This document shows, in pieces, positions 9,503 through 16,881 of a DNA stretch of 35,418 nucleotides (positions within the stretch are counted from its first letter, which is position 1; every line of letters begins with the position of its first letter). Both the position numbers and the translations under genes were made by a program. The DNA comes from an uncultured Leptospirales bacterium (lineage in GTDB: Bacteria > Spirochaetota > UBA4802 > UBA5550), in assembly GCA_964625825.1 (NCBI GenBank), contig CAZVFJ010000007.1, positions 1-35,418 on the forward strand, written 5' to 3'. A model generated the notes under the pieces. That model searched no databases, was not told the DNA's origin, and was given only the letters and a program-made list of their open reading frames with translations.

Positions 9503-10155
9503 CCGATCCTCTTTCTGAACTCATCGAGACCAATTTCTTCAATCAGGGCTCCTATGCGCTGGTTCTTCTTCCCGGTTTCTTTATAGAAAGTTATAATCCT
9601 GTCAATTACGGATAGTGCCTCTTCGTCGGGGACGTTGTTCATCAGTTCAATGGCAAGCCTCGGTTTTACTCCGCCATTACCACCGACTAATATTTTCCAG
9701 CCGTTTTTTACACCAACAAGGCCAATATCCTTTATACAGGTTTCTGCACACTGGTTAGGGCATCCGCTTACTCCCATTTTAAATTTACTCGGTACTTCCA
9801 TGCCGTGATAAATACTGTCAAGTTTCAAACCCATTGAGAGACTGTCCTGTATACCCCTCTTGCAGAATGTAGTCCCGGGACATGCCTTTATACTCCTGAC
9901 ACATAAACCTACACCGGCTCCTGGAGCCATACCAAGATCCCTCCAGACACTATCTATATCTTCCTCTTTAAGTCCGACAATTGCTATTCTTGCCGCACTG
10001 GTAAGCTTAAGTGCCGCGGCATTATATTTTTCTGCAACATCAGCAAGCTTCCTCAATGTGTCAGGTGACACAACTCCGCATGGTATATGTGGAGCAACCG
10101 CATAGGTAACTTTGTCCCTCTGAATTATAACTCCTTTTTCTCCGTCCTGCATCAT
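9499..10155 (-). CDS. Small nitrite/sulfite reductase-type siroheme [4Fe-4S] protein (low-molecular-weight assimilatory-type sulfite reductase-like)
   Basis: 218 aa. It carries the classic cysteine cluster C-PGTTF-C (CX5C) and GC-PNQ-C (CX3C) that ligates siroheme and [4Fe-4S]. GWKILVGGNGG is present. A strong AGGAGG SD lies upstream. Confidence 0.75.
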   Translation of the reverse strand: MMQDGEKGVIIQRDKVTYAVAPHIPCGVVSPDTLRKLADVAEKYNAAALKLTSAARIAIVGLKEEDIDSVWRDLGMAPGAGVGLCVRSIKACPGTTFCKRGIQDSLSMGLKLDSIYHGMEVPSKFKMGVSGCPNQCAETCIKDIGLVGVKNGWKILVGGNGGVKPRLAIELMNNVPDEEALSVIDRIITFYKETGKKNQRIGALIEEIGLDEFRKRIG

Positions 10156-10582
10156 AAGAAGCCTCCTGTAATATTAATGTCTCCCTTAAGAATAATCATG
10201 AATATAAAATCATACAAAGAAAAATTTGGCAGACTGGAAAAATTTGCTACTATTTGACAGCACCATGACCCTGAAATTTTTTGTATATTATACACGTTCT
10301 TTCCTGTAAAATAAGTTTTCATGAACATAAATCGGTTTCGTATTTTTAATGATAACCGGCATGCTGGAACTCATCCTTAATTCACTCTGAATCCCTGCAA
10401 CTTTCTATTTCCTGATTTATTTGAAGAAAAAACCCTTTATTATCCTCTCCGACGTAGATAGTGGTGATATATATAATATTTATTTAGGTATTATTACTGA
10501 AATTTTTTATATTTTTTATAAAAATAGTGGTTATCTGAATCGGGCAATGTAGAATAAGAGAATAAATAATAAGGATGGTCCT

Positions 10583-11212
10583 ATGGCATTGAAGGTAAAT
10601 GAAATTTTCTATTCCCTGCAGGGGGAGACAACGACAGCAGGTTTTACCACTGTTTTTATCAGGCTTGCGGGCTGTAATCTCAATTGCATATGGTGCGATA
10701 CGCCCAATGCAAAGACAGATGGAAAAGAGATGACTATTGATGAGATTATGGCAAAGGTGGAGGCATATGAGCCATTCAACCATGTGACACTCACTGGCGG
10801 GGAGCCGCTCCTGCAGGGAGATGTAAAGGATCTGCTCCACAGGCTTACTGACAATCATTATGAAGTCCAGGTAGAAACTAACGGGAGCATTCTTTTTGAC
10901 AGTATGCCGAGAGGTGTTAGAATTATCGCTGATGTAAAGACTCCCTCAAGTGGAGAGGAGGGCTCCTTTAAAATGGAGAATATCAGGCTCCTGAAAAAGT
11001 ATGATGAAATTAAGTTTGTCATAGGAGTTATGGAAGATTATCAGTTTGCCAGGGATTTTATAAAGGATCATCTTGAGGGGACTGAGTGCGTGATAAATTT
11101 TACACCTGCTGCTAATCTGATGGAGCCCTGGGCGCTTGCGAGCCTTATAATCAAAGACAGACTTAATGTAAGGCTTAATCTTCAGCTCCATAAAGTTGCA
11201 AAGTTCCAGTAA
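10583..11212 (+). CDS. queE: 7-carboxy-7-deazaguanine synthase QueE (radical SAM)
   Basis: 209 aa. It begins EIFYSLQGE, typical of QueE. The canonical radical-SAM motif is GC-NLN-C-IW-C-D. TLTGGEPL is also present. AAGGA SD lies upstream. Confidence 0.85.
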   Translation: MALKVNEIFYSLQGETTTAGFTTVFIRLAGCNLNCIWCDTPNAKTDGKEMTIDEIMAKVEAYEPFNHVTLTGGEPLLQGDVKDLLHRLTDNHYEVQVETNGSILFDSMPRGVRIIADVKTPSSGEEGSFKMENIRLLKKYDEIKFVIGVMEDYQFARDFIKDHLEGTECVINFTPAANLMEPWALASLIIKDRLNVRLNLQLHKVAKFQ

Positions 11213-11472
11213 CTCGTGAGAGTTTCTCCGGAAATAGTTGTTGAAGATAATCAGGTGTTTCAGAATATGTTGTAACTCTTTCAGGAAAGAGATTTCTGAT
11301 AAAAATAATTGGTGCGTTTCAGAATATCATTACGTCCGATAGAACCGGGGCCCATATTTTTGAATGATATAAAAATAAGTTTTATGGATTATCCCCTTCG
11401 AGGTAATGGTTCAGGAAACAGCACATTAAAGTTATCAATAATATTAAGAAAAAAAGTTAAGGAGCATAATTC

Positions 11473-12357
11473 ATGGATTACGTCGGACATGTAATCAGGC
11501 CGCCTTCCGAGGCATACAGTATGATAATACAGGTGACTGTTGGGTGCTCGCACAACATGTGTACCTTCTGCGGCGCATATAAAGACCTGAAACCGAAGTT
11601 CTGGATTAAGGATTGGGAGACGGTTAAGAGGGATATTGACGAGGCATCGAGCTACAGGTACGGGTTTAAGAGGGCTTTCCTCGCGGATGGAGATGTCCTT
11701 ATTCTTCCTACAGAAGAAATACTGCGAATTATGAATTACATCCGGCAGAAGAATCCAACTATCGAAAGCGTAAATGTTTACGGAAACACAAAAGCAATTC
11801 TCCGCAAATCTCCTGAGGACCTGAAAGCTCTGAAAGAGGCGGGGCTGAGCGTCATATACCAGGGAATAGAGAGCGGCAACAAGGATGTACTCCGCAAAAT
11901 CCGTAAGGGCGCATTTCCTGACAGGATGAAGGAGGCTTCTGCAAAAGTTATAGACTCAGGTATTAAACTCTCGCAGACAGTTCTTCTCGGAATCGGAGGG
12001 AAAGAGATGTCTTTTGAACACGCGCGTGATACAGGCCGTCTTCTTGGTGAAATGTCTCCGGATTATGCATCTGCTCTCACTGTGATGATACTTCCTAACA
12101 CCCCGCTTTTTCAGGAATACAGGGAGGGGAAATTTGTGCTCCCTGACAAGTTCGGGCTTCTCGAGGAGCTGAAGATTATCATTAAAAACATGAATGTAAG
12201 AAGGAAGTGCTATTTTACTTCCAACCACGCGTCCAACTATCTCCCGATAAAAGCCAATCTTCCTGAAGACCAGGTGGCTGTGCTGAAGATGATAGATAAG
12301 GTTGTGACAACAAAGAATGAAAGTATACTCAGGCGCGAGGAGACAAGAGCGCTGTAG
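11473..12357 (+). CDS. Radical SAM protein of unknown specificity, with CX4CX2C cluster spacing
   Basis: 294 aa. It starts IRPPSEAYSMIIQVTVGC-SHNM-C-TF-C (nt 11545-11571). It has a GGE-like motif (LADGD) and a GIESG TIM-barrel motif. AAGGAG SD lies upstream. Confidence 0.8.
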   Translation: MDYVGHVIRPPSEAYSMIIQVTVGCSHNMCTFCGAYKDLKPKFWIKDWETVKRDIDEASSYRYGFKRAFLADGDVLILPTEEILRIMNYIRQKNPTIESVNVYGNTKAILRKSPEDLKALKEAGLSVIYQGIESGNKDVLRKIRKGAFPDRMKEASAKVIDSGIKLSQTVLLGIGGKEMSFEHARDTGRLLGEMSPDYASALTVMILPNTPLFQEYREGKFVLPDKFGLLEELKIIIKNMNVRRKCYFTSNHASNYLPIKANLPEDQVAVLKMIDKVVTTKNESILRREETRAL

Positions 12358-12405
12358 AAGGTGCATTATATTAAATAAAAAACCGGTTCTTTTTAGGAGG
12401 AGTTT

Positions 12406-12567
12406 ATGGATGAGTCCATGGAAAAGGCTCTCAGGGCAATAGCTGAAGAGCTTAAAGAAAATCCAGATGCTGACAGAATGAAGCTCATTGAAAAGGTAAG
12501 CAGGGATTGCAACCTGACTCCTGTGCAGGAGGAATTTCTGGCAAGTAAGTATCTGGGTAACAAGTAA
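12406..12567 (+). CDS. Unannotated 53-codon ORF (below the ORF-track cutoff), a small acidic helical protein
   Basis: AGGAGG (12395-12400) lies 5 nt before ATG 12406. Translation: MDESMEKALRAIAEELKENPDADRMKLIEKVSRDCNLTPVQEEFLASKYLGNK. It sits 48 nt after the radical-SAM gene and is followed by a terminator. Confidence 0.45.
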   Translation: MDESMEKALRAIAEELKENPDADRMKLIEKVSRDCNLTPVQEEFLASKYLGNK

Positions 12568-12581
12568 TAATTTTTTAGTAT

Positions 12582-12634
12582 AAAAGGCCGGAGATTGAAT
12601 AACTGATGTATATTTATCCGGCTTTTTATTTTTT
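12582..12634. terminator. Probable bidirectional Rho-independent terminator
   Basis: The stem is aaaagGCCGGA ... TCCGGCttttt with a long loop, followed by TTTTTATTTTTT on the plus strand and TTTTAT on the minus strand. It lies between convergent genes. Confidence 0.5.
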
Positions 12635-12941
12635 AAAAAACTGCTTCCATCTGAGATTTATCGTGCTCCAGTTCAACAATAGAAGGCATTGTTGCCGCAA
12701 TATCTTCCATCGCTTTTATCATTTCTTCAATCCTTGACTTTACTGATTCGATGCTTTTATCTGTCTCATCATCGCTTTTGCCGATTTGCTTTTTTTCTTC
12801 CAGGATTTCAAGGGTTTCAAAAAAATCCATAAGGTATATGTTGAATCGTTCACAGGCATCATTAACCATATTAAATATTCTTACAGTTTCGGTATTATCC
12901 GATTCAATATATTTCATTTTGAGTCTACATGCCGGCTTCAT
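12633..12941 (-). CDS. Hypothetical acidic protein
   Basis: 102-aa ORF with GGAG 5-6 nt upstream of ATG 12941. It is glutamate-rich and helical, with no motif I recognise. Confidence 0.5.
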   Translation of the reverse strand: MKPACRLKMKYIESDNTETVRIFNMVNDACERFNIYLMDFFETLEILEEKKQIGKSDDETDKSIESVKSRIEEMIKAMEDIAATMPSIVELEHDKSQMEAVF

Positions 12942-13125
12942 TTTTGCTCCAGTTTATCAAATATTATTTTTTTCATTAAAATATATATTTAATGATTATA
13001 TTTATAAAGAAACTCATATTTTATCTGTCAATAATAGTTGTCTCTTTTTGTAATATTTTATTAAAGGTTATATTTATCAGGTATACGCTATAATAAAGTA
13101 TTCTGAAGAATCTATAGGAGTTTAG

Positions 13126-14769
13126 ATGAAAAAAGTTTATGTGATAGGACATAAAAATCCCGACACCGATTCAATCGCATCCGCAATCGCATATGCGGAG
13201 CTTAAGCGGGAACTTGGTGAAAAAAATGTTTTCCCGGCACGTGGAGGCAAGGTAAACCTTCAGACAGAGTATCTACTTGAAAGATTCAAAGTCCCACAGC
13301 CGGAATTTCTCAGTGACCTTGTACCCCGTGTGAAACATCACATGAGCGGGGAACCTGTTACCCTTGCCCATGATACTCCGCTCTGGGAGGCAATGCAGCT
13401 CCTGTCAAGCAACAGATTCAGGATGATACCTCTTGTTGATGATGATAAAAAGTATATGTCAACCCTCCACCACAATACCTTCGCGGAGCATATATTGAAA
13501 AAAATTGATCCCCAGAGGAACAGTGTTATATCAACATCAATAAATCATCTTACCAAGACTCTCAGGGCACAGCCCGTTGTTGTCAGAAACGAGAAGGAGA
13601 TATTCAGCGCACAGATAATTGTTGCCGCGTCAGAAATTGAAACTCTCAGGGAATTTATTGATCTCATGCCGGTGGAGAATTCGATTGTAATTGTCGGGGA
13701 CAGGGAGGATATTCATAGATACGTAATTGACAGAAGGGTCAGGGTACTGGTTGTGTCAGCCGGACGGATTATAAGCAAAGAGCTGAAGGAGCTTGCCGCA
13801 AAGAACAACGTTTCTGTACTCACAACACCCTTTCATACGGCAGGAGCGTCATGGCTTGCCCTCCATTCCATGCCGGTGCGTTACGCGGGAGATTCATCGC
13901 TTAAGCCTGTTGCTGCTGATGAGTATATTCGCAATATAAAGGATAGATTTTCAGATTCAGTTTCACGCTCCCTCCCGGTTGTGGATGAAGAGATGAGAAT
14001 TATCGGTGTTCTCTCCCAGAGTGACCTGATGAAGGAGCCGAATGTCGGAGTTATACTTGTTGACCACAATGAACTGACACAGGCAATTGACGGTATAGAG
14101 CAACTCCGCATAATTGAAATCATAGACCACCACAGGCTTGGAAACCCTTCTACTGGCTACCCCATTACATTCATAAACAGGCCGGTTGGTTCCACATCGA
14201 CTATAATAGCAAACCTGTATAGAGATTACATGGTTCCCGTAAAAAAAGAGATCGCGTCAATTCTTCTCGGAGGAATACTTTCTGATACTCTTATTCTTCG
14301 GTCTTCAACAACAACAAGAACTGATATAGATACCGCCGAGTATTTATCACAGATTACAGACCTTGATATAGAAAAGTTCGGCAGGGATATTACATCAGCA
14401 GCTTCAATGATAAGCACCAAACCTGTTGAGGAGATTGTAAATATGGACCTGAAACATTATACTGAGGGGCCTTACACGTTTTCCGTGAGTCAGGTTGAGG
14501 TGGATTATCCTGACGAGATCATGGAGCGTTCTGATACAATTCTCGAACACCTTGCGGATACTGCGGAACTGAAGGGCCTGCTTTTCAGCTCACTGCTTGT
14601 AACAGATCTGAACCAGCTTAGCAGTTATCTGTTTATCAGAGGGAGGGATGAATTTGTGAGGAGGATAGAGTATCCTAAATACGGGGATCATATATATTTT
14701 TTAAAGGATGTACTTTCCAGAAAAAAACAGCTCATGCCATATATCTCGGATATTATAAGAAGATTTTAA
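13126..14769 (+). CDS. CBS-domain-containing family II (DHH/DHHA2) inorganic pyrophosphatase
   Basis: 547 aa. N-terminal DHH motifs are GHKNPDTDS and later VDHNE and IIDHHR. A roughly 250-aa insert looks like CBS plus DRTGG. The C-terminal DHHA2 region contains GGILSDT. SD GGAG lies upstream. Confidence 0.85.
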   Translation: MKKVYVIGHKNPDTDSIASAIAYAELKRELGEKNVFPARGGKVNLQTEYLLERFKVPQPEFLSDLVPRVKHHMSGEPVTLAHDTPLWEAMQLLSSNRFRMIPLVDDDKKYMSTLHHNTFAEHILKKIDPQRNSVISTSINHLTKTLRAQPVVVRNEKEIFSAQIIVAASEIETLREFIDLMPVENSIVIVGDREDIHRYVIDRRVRVLVVSAGRIISKELKELAAKNNVSVLTTPFHTAGASWLALHSMPVRYAGDSSLKPVAADEYIRNIKDRFSDSVSRSLPVVDEEMRIIGVLSQSDLMKEPNVGVILVDHNELTQAIDGIEQLRIIEIIDHHRLGNPSTGYPITFINRPVGSTSTIIANLYRDYMVPVKKEIASILLGGILSDTLILRSSTTTRTDIDTAEYLSQITDLDIEKFGRDITSAASMISTKPVEEIVNMDLKHYTEGPYTFSVSQVEVDYPDEIMERSDTILEHLADTAELKGLLFSSLLVTDLNQLSSYLFIRGRDEFVRRIEYPKYGDHIYFLKDVLSRKKQLMPYISDIIRRF

Positions 14770-14845
14770 ATAAGAATCTTTGTCTTGACAGAACATCAAT
14801 AATAGTTTAAAATTGCTGATCTAATATAGAGAAATGGAGAAGATT

Positions 14846-15775
14846 ATGCGCAGGATTTTTTTATTTCTAACGGCAATTTCTGTAATTTTTACCGGATGTG
14901 GCGGCACTGAGCTTCAGATAAAAGTTAATTATATCTATAGCCCGGAATTTCATCTTAAAAATAAATACCCTACAAGTGTGGCACTGACCGGAGAGTATAA
15001 GTCAGATAGTATTATTTTAAAAGACGATATCCTGGGTATATGCAAGATGGAACTCGATTCCCGTAAGTTATTCAGCGAAGTGGGAATAAAAAGCACTCCC
15101 GGTTATGATGTTGTAATTGATATGAATTTTTCTGATATTGAGCAGGATGGTAAACCCGGGCTTTGTTTAAGCATAAATATGAAGCAGCTTCCGGAGCAGA
15201 AGCTTATCTATAAAAATAAATATGTTCAATACGGCGAAGAGGGAACATTTGAAACTCCTGATGGTTTTGCTGGTCTCCTGAAAAAAGTTATTTCTGATTT
15301 TATAAAAGATATGGATACCCAGTTTGGAATTTATACCAGGCAGGGTAATCTCCCGGTTAATCTTTCTAACAAAAAGTTAGTGTGCGCGGTATTTAAGTTT
15401 AAGGATTCAATTGAAGGGGAAAAGTATGGTGATCCGCTCGCGTCAATGATGATGACTTCACTGACAAAAACAGTAAATATTAAAGTCGTCGAGAGGGAAC
15501 GGATACAGAAAGCGGTAAGTGAACTTGAGTTTCAGGCCTCGGGCTTAGCTGACAGTGCGACAGTAAAAGAGGTAGGTAAGTTTCTGAATGCCGATTTTTT
15601 AATTTGCGGGGAAGTATCAAAAATTAAGGATACATATCATATAATAATTCATGTTGTTGATGTTAAACTCGGGGAGATAGTCTTATCAAGAGATATTGAT
15701 ACGCCTGAACCTGAGAAGTTTTGTGAACTTATTCAGCAGCAGGCTAATTATGTTGCCCAGTCTATATCGAAATAA
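14846..15775 (+). CDS. Lipoprotein with a CsgG/LpoB-like C-terminal domain (tentative)
   Basis: I placed the start at ATG 14846, with GGAG at 14836-14839. Signal peptide and lipobox read FLTAISVIFTGC. The C-terminal segment KKLVCAVFKFKD...VVERERIQKAVSELEFQASG...ADFLICGEV resembles periplasmic CsgG/TolB-N-like lipoprotein modules. Confidence 0.55.
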   Translation: MRRIFLFLTAISVIFTGCGGTELQIKVNYIYSPEFHLKNKYPTSVALTGEYKSDSIILKDDILGICKMELDSRKLFSEVGIKSTPGYDVVIDMNFSDIEQDGKPGLCLSINMKQLPEQKLIYKNKYVQYGEEGTFETPDGFAGLLKKVISDFIKDMDTQFGIYTRQGNLPVNLSNKKLVCAVFKFKDSIEGEKYGDPLASMMMTSLTKTVNIKVVERERIQKAVSELEFQASGLADSATVKEVGKFLNADFLICGEVSKIKDTYHIIIHVVDVKLGEIVLSRDIDTPEPEKFCELIQQQANYVAQSISK

Positions 15776-15802
15776 GTAAGATTTTTAATAGATTTGATAA
15801 AT

Positions 15803-15840
15803 AAAGGGGCTGTCTAAAAAAGGCAGCCCCTTTGTTTATT
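15803..15840 (+). terminator. Rho-independent terminator after the lipoprotein gene
   Basis: AAAGGGGCTGTCT-aaaaa-AGGCAGCCCCTTT followed by GTTTATTTT. Confidence 0.75.
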
Positions 15841-15854
15841 TTAATAAATTTTAC

Positions 15855-15898
15855 TTGCAATTTATTTGTAGATACAAATATTGTATTTACAAATAAAT
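15855..15898 (+). promoter_or_regulatory. Putative marR promoter overlapped by nested palindromes (candidate MarR operator)
   Basis: Promoter elements are TTGCAA (15855-15860), an 18-nt spacer, then TATTGT (15879-15884). The outer inverted repeat is ATTTATTTGTA (15860-15870) / TACAAATAAAT (15888-15898). The inner palindrome is TACAAATATTGTA (15873-15885). Confidence 0.5.
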
Positions 15899-15910
15899 CT
15901 GGAGCATAAC

Positions 15911-16336
15911 ATGGCTGAAAATAATAACCGGTTGCTCTACCTGATATCCAGGGCTGTCAGCAGATTGAAATACGCTTCAATCGAAAGATTCAATAATGCC
16001 GGCGTGACAGTAACTCCGTCGCAAATGGGGATTCTTTTTCTCCTGATGAAACGTGACAATATGTCTATGAGTGAATTAAGTTCAATCCTGAGCATAGATA
16101 ATTCAACGCTGACAAGACTGTCTGACAGGCTGGTAAAGCTGGATTTTATAGAAAGGGTGCGGGATATTAATGACAGGCGGATTTCGAAACTCAGGCTCAC
16201 CGATAACGGGCGTTGTGAAGGGATGAAAGCTGTAAAAACAGCAAAAGAGATTAATTCAGAAATAAGCAGGGGATTTACTGATGAAGAGATGAAAATTTTT
16301 ATCAGAGTAATGGAATCATTTTTTGCGAAATTTTAA
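15911..16336 (+). CDS. MarR-family transcriptional regulator
   Basis: ATG 15911 has GGAG at 15901-15904. The winged-HTH core reads TPSQMGILFLLMKRDNMSMSELSSILSIDNSTLTRLSDRLVKLDFIERVRDINDRR. Confidence 0.85.
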   Translation: MAENNNRLLYLISRAVSRLKYASIERFNNAGVTVTPSQMGILFLLMKRDNMSMSELSSILSIDNSTLTRLSDRLVKLDFIERVRDINDRRISKLRLTDNGRCEGMKAVKTAKEINSEISRGFTDEEMKIFIRVMESFFAKF

Positions 16337-16339
16337 TAT

Positions 16340-16828
16340 ATGGATGGAGAGAGTATGAACGGGACACTTAAAACTTATAATACTATTAAGAAATATCCTT
16401 TTGGTAAAAGGATATTTTCATGGGTTGTCTGCCGGAAGGCTCCATACTTTGGAACAATCAAACCTTTATTTTTGGAACTCGAACAGGGGAGATGCGTTTT
16501 GAAGATGAGAAAGCGGAAGAGTGTAACTAATCATCTTGGTACGGTACACGCTATAGCGATGTGTAACATGGTGGAACTTGCCGGTGGTATCGGGATGGAT
16601 GTATCTATTGCTGATAACCTTAGATGGATACCGAGCGGCATGACTGTAGAATATCTTGCTCTCGCAAAAACAGATCTGACTGGAATATTTCAGGCGGATA
16701 TGAAAAAACTAACGACGTGGGATATCTCTAAACCATTTCCGGCAGAAGTTAACTGTTATGATACGAGTGGAAAAGCTGTGATGAGAGGCATAATTCAAAT
16801 TCATTTATCAGAGAAAAAGAAAAAATAA
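16340..16828 (+). CDS. Hotdog-fold thioesterase-like protein (DUF4442 / YiiD C-terminal type, recalled)
   Basis: 162 aa, starting 3 nt after the marR stop; an alternative ATG is at 16355. NHLGTVHAIAMCNMVELAGG and RWIPSGMTVEYL fit the hotdog/PaaI-like pattern. Confidence 0.7.
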   Translation: MDGESMNGTLKTYNTIKKYPFGKRIFSWVVCRKAPYFGTIKPLFLELEQGRCVLKMRKRKSVTNHLGTVHAIAMCNMVELAGGIGMDVSIADNLRWIPSGMTVEYLALAKTDLTGIFQADMKKLTTWDISKPFPAEVNCYDTSGKAVMRGIIQIHLSEKKKK

Positions 16829-16881
16829 GATTTTTCGGTTTGTAATAATAAATGGTAAAAATTTTTGATTTATTGAATCCT

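Noticed and set aside
10440-10582. Possible preQ1 riboswitch in the queE leader
   Set aside because: I could not find the short hairpin plus A-rich tail with the C-rich/ACUA-like elements I associate with preQ1-I aptamers. Only an Rfam covariance scan could settle this.
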